This document shows, piece after piece, positions 1 to 6,483 of a DNA stretch of 54,205 nucleotides (positions are counted from its first letter, which is position 1; the number at the start of each line of letters is the position of its first letter). The notes under the pieces are model-generated. The model saw only the letters and a program-made list of their open reading frames with translations, did no database searches and was not told the DNA's origin. The DNA comes from Nanobdellota archaeon (lineage in GTDB: Archaea > Nanobdellota > Nanobdellia > Woesearchaeales > JACPBV01), in NCBI GenBank assembly GCA_018813685.1, contig JAHJAV010000097.1, forward strand, positions 1 to 54,205. Reading direction: 5' to 3'. Made by a program: the position numbers and the translations under genes.

Positions 1-145
1 CGGCTGAAATAAGCGGGTTCTTTCAAGATTTACATCTATTTACAGAAGTGGTATGTTTGCGGAGTTCTGGCAAGCTTCGACCGAAGAGTTTCAAATTTTC
101 TTTAGAGCATCAGAAGCGTGTCCAGTCTGGACTATCAGAATAATA
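1..145 (+). rRNA. Possible 3'-terminal fragment of a divergent 23S rRNA (window opens inside it)
   Basis: Begins GGCTGAAATAAGCGGG...TTCAAGAT. This resembles the conserved GCUGAAAGCAUCUAAGCGGGAA...CAAGAU segment near the 23S 3' end. No ORF, several short GC stems, followed by T6. Similarity judged by eye only. Confidence 0.35.
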
Positions 146-151
146 TTTTTT
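146..151 (+). terminator. Oligo-T tract (T6), archaeal-type termination signal after the 23S-like segment
   Basis: TTTTTT directly after the non-coding structured segment. Confidence 0.3.
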
Positions 152-179
152 ATTATAATTGATGTGCTATCTGAGAAAA

Positions 180-321
180 TTTGGAATTGTAGATAACATC
201 GGGCTAAGCCCTGTTCAACTCTCCGTTAGGATTGGATTTTAGTGCAACGATGCCGTAGGCAAAAATCCAAAGTAAAATTTCAATTGTTAATTATGAATAA
301 TGCCGAAGGCACTATTTTTTT
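180..321 (+). ncRNA. Candidate structured small RNA or spacer RNA (three GC-clamped hairpins ending in T7)
   Basis: Hairpins are gggc-taa-gccc (201-211), a 9-bp stem ttggatttt/aaaatccaa (232-240/262-270) enclosing tgcc-gta-ggca, and tgcc-gaa-ggca with an extended stem (296-316). A T7 run follows at 315-321. No ORF. Confidence 0.25.
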
Positions 322-337
322 AGAGCGGGGGAGCCCC
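274..337. repeat. Left arm of a bipartite inverted repeat enclosing ORF 425-928
   Basis: Outer part aaaatttcaattgtta (274-289) and inner part gagcgggggagcccc (323-337). These are reverse complements of 971-986 (1 mismatch) and 951-965 (perfect). Confidence 0.8.
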
Positions 338-424
338 TACTATTCCGAAAGGTTTTTAAGAGGTTTAATATTCCAAATAGTTAAGAGGTGTTAGTACCTC
401 AGAAACTTATTCTGAGAAAAGAAA

Positions 425-928
425 ATGAAGTTAGAAGAATATTTAGAAAAATTGAAAACTTGCCCAGATGGGAGATTAGAAGGAGAATTAGGAATCTATG
501 ATAATTGGGGGATGTTCCTTAATGCTGATTTTGAAGAAGTATTGGGGTGGTTTAATCAATCTGATCAATATAAATTTCATGAATTAAGTGGGGACTATCA
601 TAGATTTGATTATGTTTCTGGCACAGTTAGGGTACAAGTTTTTAATTGGCTTGCAGGATGTACATTAACAGGTGGTGGACTCAATAATAACGAAGTGGAA
701 AGAGAACACTTCGATAGACAGAAACGGAATTATAATATGACTGTTATGTTACATCAGTATCAAGAAAAGAAAATCGAAGGAGAAAACTGGAAAAGGGCAA
801 TAGCATTAGTGGTGGATGATGTTTGCAGATTTGCGATTGGAAGAGGTGTGCCTCTTTGTTTACCTGATGCAGTTGGGACAGATTTTCTTAAACCCCATGA
901 TTATTCCAGAATAGTTTATTTTCCATAG
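425..928 (+). CDS. Hypothetical protein (167 aa), no recognisable domain
   Basis: Long ORF in a stop-rich AT-rich background with a plausible globular composition. Enclosed by the inverted repeat. Confidence 0.55.
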   Translation: MKLEEYLEKLKTCPDGRLEGELGIYDNWGMFLNADFEEVLGWFNQSDQYKFHELSGDYHRFDYVSGTVRVQVFNWLAGCTLTGGGLNNNEVEREHFDRQKRNYNMTVMLHQYQEKKIEGENWKRAIALVVDDVCRFAIGRGVPLCLPDAVGTDFLKPHDYSRIVYFP

Positions 929-950
929 TTTTTCACGCGAAGCGTGAGGT

Positions 951-986
951 GGGGCTCCCCCGCTCGTTTCTAACAATTAAAATTTT
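951..986. repeat. Right arm of the bipartite inverted repeat
   Basis: ggggctcccccgctc (951-965) and taacaattaaaatttt (971-986). Preceded by the hairpin cacgc-gaa-gcgtg (934-946). Confidence 0.8.
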
Positions 987-1082
987 ATTGAGTTGAACAC
1001 CTATTAAACACAGTTTTAATTGCTGTTTAATGGGGTTTAAGGCTTTTAGGCGAATATTCTATCTTTTGGCAGATAAATGGCT

Positions 1083-1096
1083 AAGGTTTATATATT
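1083..1096 (+). promoter_or_regulatory. BRE/TATA box for the NFACT-like gene
   Basis: AAGGTTTATATATT lies about 27 nt upstream of ATG 1117, implying a leaderless mRNA. Confidence 0.5.
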
Positions 1097-1116
1097 CTCT
1101 TTCTTTTACATCTATT

Positions 1117-2226
1117 ATGAAAACCAATTTTGCATCTATTGAACTGCATTATATTGTTGATGAGCTACAGTTTCTGGTAGATGGCAAAATAGACAATATC
1201 TATAATCCTGAGAAAGATGAGTTTATACTGCAGATGCATGTGCCGAATAAGGGTAAGCAGATACTTAGGATTGTTTCAGGCAAGGTTATTTATATCGCTT
1301 CCAGCAAGAAACCAGCAGAAGAGCCGTCTGGGTTCTGTATGTTTTTGAGAAAACATCTTGGGAATGCCAGGCTGAGAGAGGTTAGGCAGATTTACTCAGA
1401 AAGGATAGTTGAATTTGTATTTGGGAAAGAAGATGAGCAAAGATTAATTGTAGAGTTTTTTGGAAAAGGAAATGTTATCCTGTGCGATAAGGAGCATACT
1501 ATATTATCTGCACTGGTCTATCATAAATGGAAGGACAGAGAGATAATGGCAAGGTCAAAGTATACTTATCCTAAGATGAATATTAATTTTATGGATTTTA
1601 AAGCTGAAGAGATCAAAGAACTGCTTAAGAAAACAGATAAAAGCCTTGTAAAATGCTTAGCTGCAGAACTTGGTTTAGGGGGATCTTATTCTGAAGAGAT
1701 ATGTTTGATATCTGGGCTGGACAAGGGGAGCAATCCAAATGAGCTAGGTGATAAGGAAATAAAAGGGATTATCAAATCAGTTAAAGGGTTGACAGATAAT
1801 AATGTTAAGCCATCTATTGTTTATGAGGGGGATAATGCAAAGGATGTTGTTCCTTTTTCTTTAGGAATCTATAAGGGGTTAAAGGAGAAGGAATTTAAGT
1901 CCTATAATGAAGCGATTGATTATTTTTTTATCAATGAATTCAAGGAAGAGAAAAAGAAGACTTCACAGGAAAAAGAGATAGAGAGATTAAAAAGGATAGT
2001 TGAAAGCCAGCTGGGAAGCATATCTGAATTAGGGTCAAAAGAAACAAAGGAAAGAGAAAAAGCAGAGCTGATATATCAGAATTATGGGCTTTTGAGCAAT
2101 GTGCTTGAAGAGATGAAGAAAGCAAAGGAAAAATATGATTGGAAAGAAATAAAGAACAGGCTTAAAGGACATAAGCTGATAAAATCAGTAAATGCAAAGG
2201 ATAAAACAATAGAAGTTGAGTTTTGA
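1117..2226 (+). CDS. NFACT-N family protein (RqcH/FbpA/NEMF-like), C-terminally truncated
   Basis: NFACT-N pattern: IVDELQFLVDGKIDNIY...FCMFLRKHLGNARLREVRQIYSERIVEFVF...FFGKGNVILCD. HhH-like LGLGGSYSEEICLISGL, then coiled coil. ATG 1117 preferred over the ORF-track start 1030 because of the TATA box at 1083. Confidence 0.8.
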   Translation: MKTNFASIELHYIVDELQFLVDGKIDNIYNPEKDEFILQMHVPNKGKQILRIVSGKVIYIASSKKPAEEPSGFCMFLRKHLGNARLREVRQIYSERIVEFVFGKEDEQRLIVEFFGKGNVILCDKEHTILSALVYHKWKDREIMARSKYTYPKMNINFMDFKAEEIKELLKKTDKSLVKCLAAELGLGGSYSEEICLISGLDKGSNPNELGDKEIKGIIKSVKGLTDNNVKPSIVYEGDNAKDVVPFSLGIYKGLKEKEFKSYNEAIDYFFINEFKEEKKKTSQEKEIERLKRIVESQLGSISELGSKETKEREKAELIYQNYGLLSNVLEEMKKAKEKYDWKEIKNRLKGHKLIKSVNAKDKTIEVEF

Positions 2227-2230
2227 AAAG

Positions 2231-2246
2231 AAAAGTTTATATAAAA
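2231..2246 (+). promoter_or_regulatory. BRE/TATA box
   Basis: AAAAGTTTATATAAAA lies about 30 nt upstream of ATG 2268. Confidence 0.45.
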
Positions 2247-2267
2247 CAGAATAGGGTTAGGATATAT

Positions 2268-3230
2268 ATGCCATCAAGCTTTAATGATAGTATGGGTGAA
2301 TATCTCGAAAGCAGAAGAAGGAAGAAGCTATTTTCTGGGTTTAAGTCAGATGTTATGAATAAAAAATCTGCTTTTTCAAACAATGCAGTTTCTAAATTTA
2401 GTGAATTAAGGGGAGGGATAGTTACAAGATTCAAACAAGTTAAATCTCCTGAGGAAAAGCCAAAACGGGAGATAAGACAGGGAGATATAGATGAGCTGCT
2501 TAGGCAGAAAGGGGTAGTTGATAGGCCAATTAAGAAGATTGAGAAGCGTGCTGAGGAAGGAGATGGATGGAAAGAGGTGAGTTTAGAGGTATTTGGGGTG
2601 AGCAAGGAAGAAACAAAAGAGGGCGTAATCTCTGTACGGGAAAATACGGAGATCCAAATTGATGATGAGGGTGAGAAGGAACCTATAGTAAAGGCAGAGC
2701 CTGAGGAAAAAGATAATGAGATCATATTAGCCAATCAAGATGAAAAGATGATGGCTCTTAAGAAGAGGGTTTCAGACATACTTTTTAAGAAGAAAGAGGC
2801 TAAAGAATCAGTAAAGGTTCCTGAATTCAGAAGGAATGTATTGCCTGAATCAATAAGGGAGCAGCCTAAGCACGAAGAGAAAAAAGCTGATCCTGTACAG
2901 GATGAGGTAAAAAAGGAAGAAGCCAAGAAATCATTTATAGCTAAGTTTGTAAGTATTGGGAGTTCTTCTGATGATGAAAAAGAGAGAGAAGAAAAACTTA
3001 AGCAGGAAGAGGCAAAAGCAGTTAGGGATCATATTGAAACAGAGCAGAGATTGAAGGAAGAGGCGCAGAAACATTCAGAGAACGCAGCAGAGAATGTCGA
3101 TTTTTCTAATTTTTTCCAGGAAGACGAGAAGATTGAGAGTGTTTCTCAAAATATTGAGCAAGTGCAAGAAGGCGAGACAGAAGAAGAGAAGAAGATAAGG
3201 GAATTGATGGAAAATGGGAATGAACAGTAA
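2268..3230 (+). CDS. E/K-rich low-complexity (probably disordered or coiled-coil) protein
   Basis: Uninterrupted ORF with extreme Glu/Lys content. Start moved to the first ATG (2268) downstream of the TATA box. Confidence 0.55.
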   Translation: MPSSFNDSMGEYLESRRRKKLFSGFKSDVMNKKSAFSNNAVSKFSELRGGIVTRFKQVKSPEEKPKREIRQGDIDELLRQKGVVDRPIKKIEKRAEEGDGWKEVSLEVFGVSKEETKEGVISVRENTEIQIDDEGEKEPIVKAEPEEKDNEIILANQDEKMMALKKRVSDILFKKKEAKESVKVPEFRRNVLPESIREQPKHEEKKADPVQDEVKKEEAKKSFIAKFVSIGSSSDDEKEREEKLKQEEAKAVRDHIETEQRLKEEAQKHSENAAENVDFSNFFQEDEKIESVSQNIEQVQEGETEEEKKIRELMENGNEQ

Positions 3231-3243
3231 AGCTTTTAAATAG
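3229..3243 (+). promoter_or_regulatory. BRE/TATA box for the 5S rRNA
   Basis: AAAGCTTTTAAATAG lies about 25 nt upstream of the inferred 5S 5' end. Confidence 0.5.
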
Positions 3244-3262
3244 AATTCTACTTCTCAAATAA

Positions 3263-3405
3263 TAGACGGTCATAGGGGCTTGGTTCCACCCGATCCCATA
3301 TTCCTAATCTAGTCGGTTAGGATGGGAATTTCGAACTCGGAAGTTAAGCAAGCCTCCGTTCCTGGGTGTACTGCATTGCGCGGGAAACCAGGAAAGCTGT
3401 CGCCC
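3263..3405 (+). rRNA. 5S rRNA, archaeal type, with an internal insertion
   Basis: GGTCATAGGGGCTTGG..CCACCCGATCCCAT[insert]TTCGAACTCGGAAGTTAAGCAAGCCTC...GTACTGCATTGCGCGGGAAACCAGG. Helix II GGGGCTTG/CAAGCCTC and helix TTCCTGG/CCAGGAA are visible. T6 follows. Helix I looks short, so the exact ends are uncertain. Confidence 0.85.
3299..3328 (+). other. ~30-nt insertion (hairpin) within the loop C / helix III region of the 5S rRNA
   Basis: Removing about 30 nt restores the canonical CCCAUUUCGAAC. The insert folds as TCCCA/TGGGA, a TAT bulge, TCCTAA/TTAGGA and a 9-nt loop (3294-3327). Confidence 0.7.
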
Positions 3406-3411
3406 TTTTTT
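3406..3411 (+). terminator. Oligo-T terminator of the 5S rRNA
   Basis: TTTTTT immediately after GCTGTCGCCC. Confidence 0.6.
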
Positions 3412-3507
3412 ATGACATTGTTTTTATCTTAGGATTTTTTAGAAAAGTAGATAAATAATTACTACTATTTTCTATTTTTAGGAGATTAATCCAACCTATA
3501 ATATATT

Positions 3508-4317
3508 ATGATTAATCAAAAAATAAGAAAATTAAGAACTAATGGTTTTTCACTTAGAGAAATTTCTAAAAAATTATCTATATCTTATTCAACAATTAAA
3601 AGAGCTTGTAAACATATAGGGATGTCTAAACAAGGCGAAGAGAGATATCATTTAAAGGTAAAAGGCGTAATTAAGAAAATCAAGATAAAAAAAGGATTGA
3701 ATGAAGAGAAAGTGAGGATTATCAGCAATCTATTATTTGACGGTGCTGTTTATGTAAATAACTACCATTATTCAATAATGTATGTTAATAGTTCAAAAGA
3801 ACTTATAAATCAATTTATGGTGGATATGGGTAAAGCCTATAATGTTAATCCTTCTTCATTTGAGGACTGCAGGACTTATTATAGGGTTAAATATCTGTCA
3901 AAACAGATATACGCTGATTTGATGAAGTATTTTAAGTCATTCTCAACTTCGGATAAGATGTGTTTTATCCCTTCTATAATTTTGAATAATAATAAATTTA
4001 AGACAATCATATTAAGGGCTTTTTGGGAGAATGAGGGCTCTATTTCTAAAGATGGAAAACTATCTGCAGATTTAATGAATCTTAAGATAATCAAACAGTT
4101 ATCAAGATTACATAATGAACTAGGAATTAAGCATAGCATCAGCAGATACTGGAAGAATGGATGGGCGTATAAACTATTTTTATCCCGATCAAAAGAAAAC
4201 TATAAAAGGTTTTTAGATTATAACTTGTTCTTGAAATCAATTGCAACAAAAGGCTACTTTATTGGCGATAAGAAAATCGATGTTCTTAAAGAATACTTTG
4301 ATCGTAAATTTGACTAA
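3508..4317 (+). CDS. LAGLIDADG-family homing-endonuclease-like protein with N-terminal HTH
   Basis: Two LAGLIDADG motifs about 95 aa apart: IISNLLFDGAVY (aa 71-82) and ILRAFWENEGSIS (aa 168-180). N-terminal HTH is GFSLREISKKLSISYSTIKRA. Confidence 0.8.
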   Translation: MINQKIRKLRTNGFSLREISKKLSISYSTIKRACKHIGMSKQGEERYHLKVKGVIKKIKIKKGLNEEKVRIISNLLFDGAVYVNNYHYSIMYVNSSKELINQFMVDMGKAYNVNPSSFEDCRTYYRVKYLSKQIYADLMKYFKSFSTSDKMCFIPSIILNNNKFKTIILRAFWENEGSISKDGKLSADLMNLKIIKQLSRLHNELGIKHSISRYWKNGWAYKLFLSRSKENYKRFLDYNLFLKSIATKGYFIGDKKIDVLKEYFDRKFD

Positions 4318-4443
4318 ATTGGCTTTATGCTAAGAGATTTTCGAAAAGCTCTTACTATTCTAGTACTACAAATACTTCTACATTTACTATCTTTCATAAT
4401 CTTTTTAAATAAAGGGATTATTCTCTCTATCTAAGGTGTTTTT

Positions 4444-5742
4444 ATGAAAATAGCTGTGATAGGTACAGGGTATGTAGGGCTTACAGTAGGCACTTGCCTT
4501 GCTAATCTAGGCAATGAGGTCATGTGCGTAGATGTAGATTCAGTTAAGATAGATAACTTGAATAAGGGGATAATCCCTATATATGAGCCGGGGTTAAAAG
4601 AGTTGGTCGATAGGAATGTTAAGGAAAAGAGACTTTTTTTTACTATATCTGTAGGGGAGGCTATCCAGAAGTCTGATGTGGTCTTTATAGCAGTAGGGAC
4701 CCCCCAGAAAGAAGATAACAGGGCAGATTTGAGTTATGTTGAGAATGTTGCAAAAGATATCGGAAAATATATCAATTCTTATAAGGTGATAGTGGATAAA
4801 AGCACTGTTCCTGTCGGAACAGCAGACAGGGTAAAAGAGATAATATCTGAAAATCAGGAAAAAAAGATTGATTTTGATGTTGTCTCAAATCCTGAGTTCC
4901 TTAGGGAAGGAAAGGCTATAAAGGATTTCTTTAATCCTGATAGGGTTGTTATAGGTGTTGACTCAGATAAGGCTAAGAAAGTTATGACTTCACTTTACAA
5001 GCCATTGGAGAGGACAGATAAGCCGATAATCTTCACAGATATAAAAAGCGCAGAGCTGATAAAATACGCTTCAAATGCATTTTTAACTACTAAGATATCA
5101 TTTATCAATGAGCTGTCTCATCTGGCTGAAAAGGTTGGAGCAGACATTAAATCAGTTGCAAAAGGAATGGGTTTAGATTCCAGGATAGGCGTGAGATTCC
5201 TGCAGGCAGGTGTTGGCTATGGCGGAAGCTGTTTTCCGAAAGACGCAAGGGCTTTGATAGAGACAATGAAGGAGAACAAATGCAGCACATCTGTATTAGA
5301 TGCTGTTGAGTCTGTAAATGAAGCCCAGAAATTGTCAATAATATCCAAAATAAAAAAACTATTAGGGAATCTGAACAATAAAAAAATAGCAATATGGGGA
5401 TTGTCATTCAAGCCAAATACAGATGATATAAGGGAAGCTCCTTCTGTTACAATAATAAGTGAACTTCAGAAAGAAGGCGCCAAGATACGTGTGTTTGATC
5501 CAGTTGCAATGAACGAAGCAAAAAAAATTCTGAAAAATGTAGAATATGGGGAGGATTCATTTGATGCGCTTATAGGCTGTGATGCTTTAGTTATAGTCAC
5601 TGAGTGGGATGAGTTTAGGGAATTAGATAAAGAAAAAATGAAAAAAATGCTCAAACAGCCAAATATAATAGATGGAAGGAATATTTACGAGCCCAGTGAA
5701 ATGAAAAAATCGGGGTTTAATTATGTGGGCGTCGGCAGGTGA
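4444..5742 (+). CDS. ugd: UDP-glucose 6-dehydrogenase
   Basis: MKIAVIGTGYVGL Rossmann fold, GYGGSCFPKD active-site Cys motif, full length of 432 aa. SD AAGGTG lies 6 nt upstream. Confidence 0.9.
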   Translation: MKIAVIGTGYVGLTVGTCLANLGNEVMCVDVDSVKIDNLNKGIIPIYEPGLKELVDRNVKEKRLFFTISVGEAIQKSDVVFIAVGTPQKEDNRADLSYVENVAKDIGKYINSYKVIVDKSTVPVGTADRVKEIISENQEKKIDFDVVSNPEFLREGKAIKDFFNPDRVVIGVDSDKAKKVMTSLYKPLERTDKPIIFTDIKSAELIKYASNAFLTTKISFINELSHLAEKVGADIKSVAKGMGLDSRIGVRFLQAGVGYGGSCFPKDARALIETMKENKCSTSVLDAVESVNEAQKLSIISKIKKLLGNLNNKKIAIWGLSFKPNTDDIREAPSVTIISELQKEGAKIRVFDPVAMNEAKKILKNVEYGEDSFDALIGCDALVIVTEWDEFRELDKEKMKKMLKQPNIIDGRNIYEPSEMKKSGFNYVGVGR

Positions 5743-5748
5743 TTTAAG

Positions 5749-6483
5749 ATCAAGGCAATAATTCTTGCGGCAGGGTATGCAACGCGCCTTTATCCATTGA
5801 CCCAAGACAATCCAAAGCCCCTTTTAGGGGTAGGAGGCAAACCGATAGTTGAACATTTGATAAGGAAAATAGAAGAGATTGATGGGGTTGATGAAATATT
5901 TATTGTTACAAATGCTAAGTTCTATGATGTTTTTGAGAATTGGCTGAGCGGATTCAATTCAACTAAAAAAATAAAGATACTTAATGACAATACTACTTCA
6001 AATGAAGACAGATTAGGCTCATTGGGCGATGTTAATTTTGCAATAGAAAAGGAGAATATTAAAGATGATATTTTGCTTGTAGCAGGAGATAATCTTTTTG
6101 AGTTCTCACTTAAGGAATTTTTGGATGGGCTAAAACCTACTGGTAAAAGCGCTGTTGTCTTGTACGATGTAGCAGATAGGGAGCTCGTAAAGCAGTATGG
6201 GATCGTTGAAGTTGATAAAAACAACAAGATGTTAGATTTTGAGGAAAAACCATCTGAGCCAAAATCAACTTTAGCTTCAACAGGAATATATTTTTATCCC
6301 TCTTATGTTTTGCCGATGCTGCAAAACTATGTTCATAAGTATAAGAATAGCGACAAGGCAGGGAATTTTCTGGAATGGCTGCATAAAAATGAAGATGTTT
6401 ATTGCTATATAACTCAAAAGAGATGGATAGATATAGGCTCATTAGATCAGCTTGAGAAAGCAAGAAAGGAGTTCAATGGATAG
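5749..6483 (+). CDS. Sugar-phosphate nucleotidyltransferase (start codon unresolved)
   Basis: The N-terminal signature KAIILAAGYATRLYPLT..PKPLL is encoded upstream of the first canonical start (TTG 5797). It follows the in-frame ugd TGA directly. SD AGGTGA (5737-5742) sits 6 nt before ATC 5749. Confidence 0.75.
   Translation: MKAIILAAGYATRLYPLTQDNPKPLLGVGGKPIVEHLIRKIEEIDGVDEIFIVTNAKFYDVFENWLSGFNSTKKIKILNDNTTSNEDRLGSLGDVNFAIEKENIKDDILLVAGDNLFEFSLKEFLDGLKPTGKSAVVLYDVADRELVKQYGIVEVDKNNKMLDFEEKPSEPKSTLASTGIYFYPSYVLPMLQNYVHKYKNSDKAGNFLEWLHKNEDVYCYITQKRWIDIGSLDQLEKARKEFNG

Noticed and set aside
161-175. C/D-box-like words (TGATGT ... CTGA)
   Set aside because: The boxes are only 5 nt apart, with no guide region and no C'/D' pair, so this is too short to be a C/D sRNA. 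At most it is a K-turn-like element.
1030-1116. N-terminal extension of the NFACT ORF from the ORF-track start
   Set aside because: The extension contains the TATA box (1083-1096) and is hydrophobic junk. Homologs start at the MKTNF-type N-terminus (ATG 1117).
2237-2926. Minus-strand ORFs (165 aa and 63 aa) rich in Ser/Phe/Leu, opposite the E/K-rich gene
   Set aside because: They are mirror-image artefacts of GAA/AAG-rich coding sequence. They are low-complexity and have no start context.
3294-3328. Interpretation of the 5S insertion as a canonical bulge-helix-bulge intron
   Set aside because: Only one 3-nt bulge is present, the adjoining helices are 5 and 6 bp (not 4 bp), and the predicted cut sites would not restore the canonical loop C. 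A relaxed BHL substrate cannot be excluded, so this point is kept as a caveat in the finding.
5740-5742. Genome-wide TGA reassignment (code 4/25-like) as the explanation for the in-frame TGA
   Set aside because: Several well-conserved genes terminate at TGA at the expected length. Examples are 2224-2226, 7604-7606 and the pyk stop at 15727-15729 in an ATGA overlap. TGA therefore functions as a stop. Only local read-through or ATC initiation remains possible.
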